A stretch of DNA of 64,000 nucleotides, taken from Bdellovibrionota bacterium. Lineage in GTDB: Bacteria > Bdellovibrionota_C > UBA2361 > JBGSMV01. Within the stretch, counting starts at the first letter, position 1. Every line of letters begins with the position of its first letter. Location of the stretch: assembly GCA_041739995.1 (NCBI GenBank), contig JBGSMV010000015.1:1-64000 (forward strand). The letters run 5' to 3'. Under the pieces are notes generated by a model, which saw nothing but the letters and a program-made list of their open reading frames with translations, was not told the DNA's origin and made no database searches. Of this stretch, positions 48,673 to 56,967 are shown one piece after another. A program made the translations under genes and the position numbers.

Positions 48673-49658
48673 AAGCAATATTTTTTGCCATCCTATTCGC
48701 ACTCGGTATTACTGCATGGAATGGCGTCTTCATAATCACGGAAGGCCAGCAGGCTCTGATTACGCAATTCGGAAAAATTGTCGGTGAGCCCATATCGCAA
48801 GCCGGGCTCTACTGGAAGCTCCCGCTCGTTCAAGACGTACGCGTCTTTGACAAAAGAATCCTCTCTTGGGATGGGGACCCGAATCAAATTCCTACAAAGG
48901 ACAAAAAGTACATCATTGTTGACACTACCGCGCGGTGGCGCATCACCGATCCTGTGCTATTTGCTCAAACCGTTCAGAATGAAAATGGTGTGCGTGCCCG
49001 CTTAGACGGGATTCTTGACGGCGTGACCCGCGATATCATTTCGCGGCATAGCCTGGTTGAGGCAGTGCGAAACACCAATTCAATCCTCGATCGGGTGAAG
49101 GCTAAACAAGAGTTGGCGGAGAACAGTGCCCCCCGCACCGAGCAGGATGAGGCGCTCGAAGTCTTGGAGGTTGAAGAAGAGATCTCTGGTGAAATCGAAG
49201 CCATTCAGGTTGGTCGCGAGCGCCTGAGTGACGCCATTCATGAACGAGCCCGCACTGAGCTTGTGAGTTTAGGGATCGACTTGATCGATGTACAACTACG
49301 TCGCATCGCTTATGAGGAGAGCGTCGAGAGCAAGGTGTTTAGCCGTATGATCTCTGAGCGGCAGCGCATTGCTGAAAAGATCCGCTCTCTTGGTAAAGCC
49401 GAGGAAGCGAGAATCAAGGGTAAAATGAACAAGGATTTGAAAGAAATCGAATCGAACGCTTACAGAAAGAGTGAGGAAATCCGCGGTCGAGCTGACGCGG
49501 AGGCAATAGCGATCTACGCTGATTCTCTTGGCAAGAACCCTGAGTTCTATACCTTCTTGCGTACTTTGGAGGCCTACAAGAAATCATTCGCCGACAAAGG
49601 CGAAATGGTCTTATCGACTGACTCAGAGTTCCTTGGCTTTCTGAAACGCAAGCAGTAG
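48669..49658 (+). CDS. hflC: FtsH modulator HflC
   Basis: TKDKKYIIVD, RMISER, PEFYTFLRTLEAY; ATGA overlap with hflK. Confidence 0.95.
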   Translation: MKAIFFAILFALGITAWNGVFIITEGQQALITQFGKIVGEPISQAGLYWKLPLVQDVRVFDKRILSWDGDPNQIPTKDKKYIIVDTTARWRITDPVLFAQTVQNENGVRARLDGILDGVTRDIISRHSLVEAVRNTNSILDRVKAKQELAENSAPRTEQDEALEVLEVEEEISGEIEAIQVGRERLSDAIHERARTELVSLGIDLIDVQLRRIAYEESVESKVFSRMISERQRIAEKIRSLGKAEEARIKGKMNKDLKEIESNAYRKSEEIRGRADAEAIAIYADSLGKNPEFYTFLRTLEAYKKSFADKGEMVLSTDSEFLGFLKRKQ

Positions 49659-49913
49659 TTAGTCGGAGGAGACTGCCCGCGCGGTTTCGGATCCCTCTGC
49701 TAAACAGTCGCTGAGCGACCACCGCGGCATGGGCGGCGTATCTCATTGTATTTATTGATGTTTTTGCTTTGCCGCTTGCCGCAAATGTGCGCTTCTTAGA
49801 GCACGGCGTTACGATTTCCCCGCATAACTCTTATACAAAACTGGGGCGCGGAATCCTGATAGGGCTTGTGCGTCGTTCTATGATTCTCAATTGTTCGCTT
49901 GGGGGAATGTTAC

Positions 49914-50300
49914 ATGAAAAAGTATTTACTCGATGTTTGCCAGAAGGTCGGTGCGACTCTCGCCTGCCCTTCGCGCGCGCAGGTGCAGTTCGCACTCTTC
50001 GCGTTCGGAATCACGCTTCTCGCCGCTGGTACGGTATCTGGGGTTCTTGCCCAGGTCGGTGACCCGCTCGAGATTGAATATAACGATACTCGACTCTCTG
50101 AGGCGGTGAATGCAATCCTCACCTACCTTGAAGGCTCGTTCGGCGCGTTGATAATGGTTTGTGCTGGTTTGGGAGCAATCTTGAGCTCAGCATTTGGTCA
50201 ATATCGTGCAGCGCTGGCCTGTCTGATCATTGCGGTTGGTGCATTCATCCTCCGCTCGTTCCTCTCTACCTTCTTCAACGATGAACACATCCAAGAATAA
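49914..50300 (+). CDS. TrbC/VirB2-like T4SS pilin
   Basis: Long signal peptide (VLA-Q), then NAILTYLEGSFGALIMVCAGLGAILSSAFG and a second hydrophobic helix. Confidence 0.7.
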   Translation: MKKYLLDVCQKVGATLACPSRAQVQFALFAFGITLLAAGTVSGVLAQVGDPLEIEYNDTRLSEAVNAILTYLEGSFGALIMVCAGLGAILSSAFGQYRAALACLIIAVGAFILRSFLSTFFNDEHIQE

Positions 50301-50344
50301 GGTCTGAAGAGTAACATACGCGTTGGCTCAACCGAGCTGAACGC

Positions 50345-50375
50345 AAAAAGGGCGCTCAACCGAGCGCCCTTTTTT
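50345..50375 (+). terminator. Intrinsic terminator after the pilin gene
   Basis: AAAAA-GGGCGCTC-AACC-GAGCGCCC-TTTTTT. Confidence 0.9.
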
Positions 50376-50535
50376 ATGCTCAAATTCCCGGTGATTATCA
50401 GGATAATTCTCCGTTATCGGAATGTTACCCACGCGGCTTTCCCGTCATACTTCCACTCTATCTCGCTAGATCGACTCCGTTTTTACACATAATTTTGCTT
50501 AGCAGCCTCAAAGCGAATATAAAATCAGCATCTCT

Positions 50536-52218
50536 GTGGTAAGGAGCCCTATAAAAATGCATACGCGGCGTGGTCTAACTGAACGGGCAGGTATCTTAAA
50601 GGTGCTTTGTGCCTGGGGTCTTTTTACCGTCAACTTTTCACTCCTGCCGTACACGCCCCCGGCCTTGGCCGAGGAATATGTCTTCGGGTTTACCCCAACA
50701 GAAACCACCTGCAGTCCCTTAGAGGACATCATAAAAGCGAATCGTATCGATGCGCGCTTCAACACCGTCACCAATCGCCTTCGATGGTCGGTGAATTTCG
50801 CCCCTCCCCCCGTCGCTGACTTCCCTGAGTTCTACTACATTGTGATCAACGATGGTCCTATGCCTCGAGCAACTCCGGGCTCGTTGGCAATCTTATACTT
50901 TGATGCGACTACACCCACGGATCCAAAGCTCACGGTCTATGGGTATAGCGGTGAAAATAACGGTGGGAGCTACTTTGATGGCTCCGGCCTTCCCGGAGTT
51001 CAAGCCCCAGATCGCATCCTCTCGTCGCTTGCAACTCAGGACTGGATCAATGAGCTCTCTGTGATAGACCTACCAAACGGCAGCCGTACTCTTACCTTTG
51101 ACATCGATGCCTCAGCAATTATCACCCACGTGCCGCTTTACCCCGATCCAGGGTTCCCATGGTTTGGCACAGGCTTCGCCCAGAACGTAGGGCTTTGGTT
51201 CCATATGTTCAAAAATGTGAGCGTTAGTTACGGCGATCAAGGGTTTCTCAGCTTCTTTTCAGGAATTGAGGATTGCTATGATCTCGATAACCTCGCCACG
51301 GTAGAAGATTTGCCACCTGTTTGTGACGCCGGGCCCTCTCCCTATCTGAATGACTGCGAAGGGATTCTTTCGACCATTCCGCTTGACGGCTCAAGCTCAA
51401 GCGATCCGGAGATGCAGGTGCTGTCCTATCTGTGGAGCACTTCATGCACAAACGCATCTATTTCCCCTGACAATCAAGCGCAAACCGTGCTTACTCTAGA
51501 GAATCCAGGCACTGGGCAGCCCCAGTCGTGTGCGGTGACCTTGACGGTTTCGGATGGAGCGACTGAAGTGAGCTGCCCTGCCAGCATCCAAGTCCCCGCC
51601 TGCGAGATTGACTGTCTCGGAGTACCCAACGGCAGCGCTCAGCCCGACATGTGTGGCGTATGTAATGGGGCTAATCTTTGTGTTGACTGTGCCGGAGTGC
51701 CGTTTGGTCAACAAGAAGTAGACCAATGTGGGGTCTGTGGCGGGGATGGGCAGTCCTGTCTCGGCTGCGAAGACACAAGCATCACAGGTGTTCAGCTTTC
51801 CCTTGACGGTAATTTTGGGGAACTGCGCGGCCTGGTCTATCACTCAGCGGCACGCTTGCTCTCAATCCGAGACACAAAGCGCCTGAGAACTTTCTCGCGC
51901 ACCGCACGGCGAGATGCTGACAAACTCTACAACCTTGGCTGGATAAACACCTACGCAATTCCCGGAAGCTTTGCCGTGTGTGAAAACTCAGTCCTGTGCT
52001 CTCAGGTTTCCTTGGCGGAGAGTATCGCCTCTTTTTCTGATGCCTCTATAGAACTCAACGATCTGGTCACCAAGGTGGTGCGACGCATGATTCGAGTTCG
52101 AGGTCGCGTGAGCAAGGGCGATCGCAAAACGAGAATCGAGGCCCGAGCGCTTCTGACTGAGAACCTTGCTCTCGCGTCCGCCCTGCCCACGTCTTTGAGC
52201 AATTGCCAAGGACAGTAG
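50536..52218 (+). CDS. Secreted protein with beta-sandwich and PKD/Ig-like domains and Cys-rich DxCGVCxG repeats
   Basis: Signal peptide (ALA-E), LDGSSSSDPE..LSYLWS..VTLTVSDG, DCLGVPNGSAQPDMCGVCNG and DCAGVPFGQQEVDQCGVCGGDGQSC. Confidence 0.75.
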   Translation: MVRSPIKMHTRRGLTERAGILKVLCAWGLFTVNFSLLPYTPPALAEEYVFGFTPTETTCSPLEDIIKANRIDARFNTVTNRLRWSVNFAPPPVADFPEFYYIVINDGPMPRATPGSLAILYFDATTPTDPKLTVYGYSGENNGGSYFDGSGLPGVQAPDRILSSLATQDWINELSVIDLPNGSRTLTFDIDASAIITHVPLYPDPGFPWFGTGFAQNVGLWFHMFKNVSVSYGDQGFLSFFSGIEDCYDLDNLATVEDLPPVCDAGPSPYLNDCEGILSTIPLDGSSSSDPEMQVLSYLWSTSCTNASISPDNQAQTVLTLENPGTGQPQSCAVTLTVSDGATEVSCPASIQVPACEIDCLGVPNGSAQPDMCGVCNGANLCVDCAGVPFGQQEVDQCGVCGGDGQSCLGCEDTSITGVQLSLDGNFGELRGLVYHSAARLLSIRDTKRLRTFSRTARRDADKLYNLGWINTYAIPGSFAVCENSVLCSQVSLAESIASFSDASIELNDLVTKVVRRMIRVRGRVSKGDRKTRIEARALLTENLALASALPTSLSNCQGQ

Positions 52219-52334
52219 CGCTCTAAGAATTCATAGGTATGAGGTCACAATTAAGCTATCCACTTTCTCGTGGTTACTCCGCCTTAAAGTAAGGACTCTC
52301 ATGCTCCCGACCCAAGTACGCGATGGGGCTTTGG

Positions 52335-53333
52335 CTATTTTGTCTTTCGACTAAGATCGATCATTTCAACTCCACCAAGGTATTCGGTAGTCGAAAGATC
52401 TTCCAAATCCTTAGTCCTCTGAATCACCGCAGCAATACGGGTCGCCGCTTCCTCAATCGCTAGAAGGGCCGCATCTCTTTCAGCCTGCGAGGTCTCGGTT
52501 GAGCGAATGATATATGAATTTCCAATAATAACGGCCAATGGATTGTTTATCTCGTGCTGAAGAGCTACCGCCACTTTGCCAAGTGCGACTAACTGCTGCC
52601 CCGCCACAAGTGCGCGTTGCATGACCCGAATGCGGTATGAGGCGAACAGCCCAAGCAGCAATGCAACTATAGTTACCACCGCAATTTCAATCTGCAATTC
52701 GCTCTCCAATCGCCCTGCTTGCCGTAAAGTTCGAGAACTAAGCACTGAGAGAATATCGCCGACATCATTGCTAAAGTCGGGTAAGCCTTTGTGTGCTTTT
52801 TCCAGCACCTCTGTCAGTGCATTTAAGGTTGCCGGAGAAGCAACGTCATCATTTGCCTTCATGGTTTCGACCAGTCGTCTGAAACGGTCGATGTCCACAC
52901 GACTTCGAACTAGGAGCCGCTCGAGTGGCTTCACCCGAGTATCGACTCTGGATTCGGCTGAAAATATTCTGATCTGTTCTTCGAGCGCGAGCACCGCCAC
53001 ATCCTGCCGCTGAAGTAAGGCAGAGAACGTAGTCAGCGCTCCACTGAGCGTTTCCGAGATTGGGATATCAGTGCTCCCCGCAGGAGAAGCAAGACGCCGC
53101 CTGAGGGCTCTTGCTGCATCGACCAGCTCGAACTTCTCGGTTTCTAACCGGGTCAGAGATGAAGAGAATACAAGCGCTTCCCTTCCCAGCGTGCGAAGCC
53201 CTGACTTCAACTTAGAAATCTGCACCAGCGCGAACACTCCAATCGCAAGCGCGAGAAAAAGCAGCCCAAGCACAGAGGTGGTAATTTGGCGCCTATGGCG
53301 ATCTATGTCTGAGCTAAGCTCTGATTGGCTCAC
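52335..53333 (-). CDS. Membrane sensor with HisKA (DHp) domain but no HATPase domain
   Basis: Two TMs flanking a helical periplasmic region; LQHEINNPLAVIIG; no N/G1/F/G2 boxes before the stop. Confidence 0.75.
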   Translation of the reverse strand: MSQSELSSDIDRHRRQITTSVLGLLFLALAIGVFALVQISKLKSGLRTLGREALVFSSSLTRLETEKFELVDAARALRRRLASPAGSTDIPISETLSGALTTFSALLQRQDVAVLALEEQIRIFSAESRVDTRVKPLERLLVRSRVDIDRFRRLVETMKANDDVASPATLNALTEVLEKAHKGLPDFSNDVGDILSVLSSRTLRQAGRLESELQIEIAVVTIVALLLGLFASYRIRVMQRALVAGQQLVALGKVAVALQHEINNPLAVIIGNSYIIRSTETSQAERDAALLAIEEAATRIAAVIQRTKDLEDLSTTEYLGGVEMIDLSRKTK

Positions 53334-53596
53334 AAATGCTCCTTAACTCCAAAAAACCAGGGCTCTATAAACGAGCAATAGCTCCACCCTGACCCGGCCC
53401 CACCTCGTATAGTAGATGAACTCGACCAAGAGAGGGGCACGAAATGATCATTCGATGTTTTGTCCGCATCAGGTTACGGCTATACTTCCGCATCCTACCC
53501 TGCCCCTGGAAGAGGCTATCTGTAGAACGATGTCGACAACCAAAGGGCCGTTTTTAACTTTAACAGGCTGCGATTCTTACTTACCACCGTTGCCCC

Positions 53597-54667
53597 ATGT
53601 CCATTAAACCAATTACCCCTCAACCTCCCGAACCTGCTCCGGCATTGAGCCCCGAGGAACGCGAGCAGCTCCTTCGCAAGCGAATTGCTGACCTGCGGCT
53701 GTCCCTTGAAGGCTCGCGCCTCGAAGGCGTGGTACGCAGATTACACTCGGAACTTGATGCCGTAGGCGTCGACTTTAAACCTCACGTCTATCTCTCTGAT
53801 GAATGGGGCTGCCCAAACCTTGTTCCGGTAATCGGAGTCCCTTTTTATCTTGCGGACGAACGCCTGCGTCGCATTGAGGACGAGATGATGGAGGGCATTG
53901 AGGCTGAAACAGATGAGGAGGTCATATCTTACCTCAGACACGAGGCTGGCCACGCCTTCAACTACGCCTATAAGCTCTTTGAGAGCGAGGAGTGGCAAAA
54001 AATCTTCGGCCCCTTCTCCCGCCCCTACAACGACGACTATGTTCCCAACCCCTTCTCCGATCAGTTTGTTCGCCATATCTCGGGCTGGTACGCACAAAAG
54101 CACCCTGACGAAGATTTCGCGGAAACCTTCGCTGTTTGGCTGTGGCCAGAATCTAATTGGCGAGAAGCGTATCGCGGCTGGAGTTGTCTGAAGAAGCTTG
54201 AGTACGTCGATCGTATCATCAAAAAACTCGGCAAGACCGCTCCTTTGGTCACTGCCGAGGGCTTTAATCCTAACGCCGACGAGCTCAATGTCATCATCGA
54301 CGACCATTATCGCGCACTTCGTCCCACTCTTGAGGACGTCCCCGCCTACTTCGACGGTACTCTTCGTGATATTTTTCAAAAGAGGGCACCGAAGAACCTC
54401 GAGTCTATCGTCACTGATGCCGATAAATTCCGTGCAGACAAATTTCTTGCCCAGCGGCGCAGGATCATCATCAAAGAGGTCGCATACTGGACCGGCCTTG
54501 AAGACCGCTTGATCCGCTCGCTGGTCAATCACTTTGTGGAGAGATGCAAAGGCCTCGAGTTGTGGGTACATCCGGCGAAGTCTCAAGAAACGGTAGTGCG
54601 CTTAACCACGCTGATAACTACACTCTGCATGAATCGACTCTACAAAGGTGATTTTATTCTAAAGTAG
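53597..54667 (+). CDS. Putative zinc-binding metallopeptidase
   Basis: PHVYLSDEW, VPFYLA, LRHEAGH, YAQKHPDEDFAETFAVWL. Confidence 0.85.
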   Translation: MSIKPITPQPPEPAPALSPEEREQLLRKRIADLRLSLEGSRLEGVVRRLHSELDAVGVDFKPHVYLSDEWGCPNLVPVIGVPFYLADERLRRIEDEMMEGIEAETDEEVISYLRHEAGHAFNYAYKLFESEEWQKIFGPFSRPYNDDYVPNPFSDQFVRHISGWYAQKHPDEDFAETFAVWLWPESNWREAYRGWSCLKKLEYVDRIIKKLGKTAPLVTAEGFNPNADELNVIIDDHYRALRPTLEDVPAYFDGTLRDIFQKRAPKNLESIVTDADKFRADKFLAQRRRIIIKEVAYWTGLEDRLIRSLVNHFVERCKGLELWVHPAKSQETVVRLTTLITTLCMNRLYKGDFILK

Positions 54668-54730
54668 AAGCGGGCCCGTAAGAGCGATGTCCCAGTACCA
54701 GCGAAAACCCAGGCGGCGAGATCGAAATTA

Positions 54731-55846
54731 GTGGAATCAAAAAAAGTAACAATCCTCTACGACTCTGATGAGGACACCACGAAGGCTGAGGCCGTAGCTC
54801 GTGGAGAAAAATTTCCTCTCGTATACGAGCATCTGAGTGACGCACTAACCAAGCGGGGGCATCAAATATCGCTGATGGCTGCCGGCCTCAATATCAAAAA
54901 ACTTGTCACTTCCTTAGAGAAAGACAACAGCGACATCGTCTTCAACCTATGCGAGTCCGTCGGCGGCGTGTCTCATCACGAGCAAAATGTGGCCGCCGTT
55001 CTCGAATTAATGGGGAAAAGGTTCACCGGTTCTAGCGCCGTGGGTATTTCACTCGCTCAGGACAAGGCGCTTGCAAAGAAACTATTTCAGTTTCACGGCA
55101 TCAAGTTCCCGCGCTTTAGCGTTTTCGATGCGGGTACGGTCGAATGGTCAGACGAATTGCGCTTCCCTCTCATTGTGAAGCCGCTAAATCAGGACTCCTC
55201 AATTGGCATCGATGAGAAAGCAATCGTCACCAGCTCTCAGGAGCTTACCGACCGCATTAGCTACCTTCATCACGAACTGCGCTGCCCAGTGCTGGTAGAG
55301 GAGTTCATCGAGGGTCGGGAACTGTACGTCGGCATTCTTGGCAACGATGCCCCCGAAGCACTTCCAATTCTTGAGTGGGACTTCTCTAAGCTTTCCGAAT
55401 TGACCCCAAAGATCGCGACCTCAGAGGCGAAGTGGGACAAAGAATCAGAAGCCTACAATGCTCCCCAGTGCTTTCCTGAAGACATTCCTAAGAGCGTATA
55501 CCAAGACATTCAGCGCTCAGCAGTGGAAGCCTTCAAAGCGCTCAAACTAAGGGATTATGCTCGTGTTGATTATCGATTGCGCTACATCCCCAAAGGCACC
55601 GTCATGCTCTCTAATCCGCGTCTTTCCAAAAAGGCACTCCCCGCACCACCGATCGATCCCACTGAAATGATATCCCTGGTTTCTACCGTCCAAGAAGTGG
55701 ATGCCTGGGAATACTATCTCATCGAAGTGAATCCAAACCCCCACCTCGAACGCGGAGCTGAGTTTGCCCTCGCCGCGAGGAAGAAGGGTCTTAGCTATTT
55801 GGAAGTTATTGAACGAATTCTCGACGCCGGCCTAAAGCGCCGCTAA
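54731..55846 (+). CDS. D-Ala-D-Ala ligase-like ATP-grasp peptide ligase
   Basis: VFNLCE, DKALAK, VKP..DSSIGI, EEFIEGRE, YARVDYR, IEVNPNP. Confidence 0.85.
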   Translation: MESKKVTILYDSDEDTTKAEAVARGEKFPLVYEHLSDALTKRGHQISLMAAGLNIKKLVTSLEKDNSDIVFNLCESVGGVSHHEQNVAAVLELMGKRFTGSSAVGISLAQDKALAKKLFQFHGIKFPRFSVFDAGTVEWSDELRFPLIVKPLNQDSSIGIDEKAIVTSSQELTDRISYLHHELRCPVLVEEFIEGRELYVGILGNDAPEALPILEWDFSKLSELTPKIATSEAKWDKESEAYNAPQCFPEDIPKSVYQDIQRSAVEAFKALKLRDYARVDYRLRYIPKGTVMLSNPRLSKKALPAPPIDPTEMISLVSTVQEVDAWEYYLIEVNPNPHLERGAEFALAARKKGLSYLEVIERILDAGLKRR

Positions 55847-55911
55847 CCCCTCTCATGGACGCAAGATTCGGAGCTCTCCCGCCGAACTTCCTTGTGTCCA
55901 ACGACGCAGCG

Positions 55912-56409
55912 CTACTGAACCAAAAAAAGCACCTGGGGGATAAGCATATTCGCCACACGCTCACGCAGACATACCAAGTCAGCGCCTGACCGAAGCGCCG
56001 CACTGGTCAGGTCATGGTCCTCAGGAGCAATAAGGATGGTCGGAATTGACTGATGGGATGGCAGACACCGCATTTGTTTAAGCGAACGGACAATCTCAGG
56101 TCCACTACCATCCGGGAGATGCATGCCACACACGACCAGGTCTATATAACGATGCACAAGAAGCTCGCATCCACGGGAGGCAGACGCGGCAGCGACCACA
56201 CGAAATCCAGCACTGCGCAGCAACTCATTGAGGGTACTTCGAAGACTGTCGTCGCCCTCCATTACGAGAATGGTAAAGTGCGTGGCGATAAACTCGCGCG
56301 CCCTGCGTCTCGCACGCTCTTGTCGGCGATGTATCATCATTTCAGGAATGGCGTGCGAATAAGTGCTCTCGTCATGGTCGCCTTCTCGAAGCGCTGTTGC
56401 CTGGGCCAT
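55912..56409 (-). CDS. Atypical (pseudo-)receiver domain protein
   Basis: ILVMEGDD, DLVVCGMHLPDGSG (Gly at the Asp position), GADLVCLR (no Lys). SD GGAGG before ATG 56409. Confidence 0.75.
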   Translation of the reverse strand: MAQATALREGDHDESTYSHAIPEMMIHRRQERARRRAREFIATHFTILVMEGDDSLRSTLNELLRSAGFRVVAAASASRGCELLVHRYIDLVVCGMHLPDGSGPEIVRSLKQMRCLPSHQSIPTILIAPEDHDLTSAALRSGADLVCLRERVANMLIPQVLFLVQ

Positions 56410-56967
56410 AAACACCTCCTGCAAAAAAACCTTTTCTTTCGATCCAGCACCGTCGAGTGCGGATAGCTCAAGAGCTTCTAATTAGTCCGATTAGACGATT
56501 CGAAGACATTAGAGAGGTTTTAGCTCTTGGAGCGGTAGCTGTCGGATTGATTTTGGTCTTTTTAAAGGGAATTTCTTCGAAAACCACCTTGCCGTTTGGG
56601 TGGCTTAGCCGGTATCGCTCACGCGATACCGGCGTCAACGCTCGGAAGGCGTTGGCAAATCAGTCAGTTATGACTGATTTGGAGCATCGCTGTAGTTCGA
56701 CACTGTGTCGTGGCGAACGGAGGCGATGCGAGCATTAAATTGGCCATGGAAGGCCGATTTCATGCCGATTTCTCATGTCCGCGAAGCGGGTCCGTGAGAA
56801 ATCCAGGTTAGCGCGGTAAGTGGCTTTGTTCATACTCAAAAGGACTGGGCGCACAGGTTTTCGGCAACAGACCTACGAAGTGACAAGTTTTTGCTGCGTG
56901 TAGATTTGTAACGGTGGCACGGTGTTAACCCACTCTCGAATGCGGCGTGCTCACCGCAATTTCAAAA

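Noticed and set aside
47977..48702. 241-aa minus-strand ORF
   Set aside because: Antisense shadow of hflK.
53741..54586. 281-aa minus-strand ORF
   Set aside because: Antisense shadow of the metallopeptidase gene, with no motifs.
54731..55846. Housekeeping ddl
   Set aside because: Lacks the GG.S.E..VS N-terminal motif and dcw context; paired with a peptidase instead.
56425..56967. Possible sRNA or sigma28 promoter in the long intergenic region
   Set aside because: GCCGAT boxes lack a correctly spaced -35, and no recognisable RNA family or clear terminator was seen.
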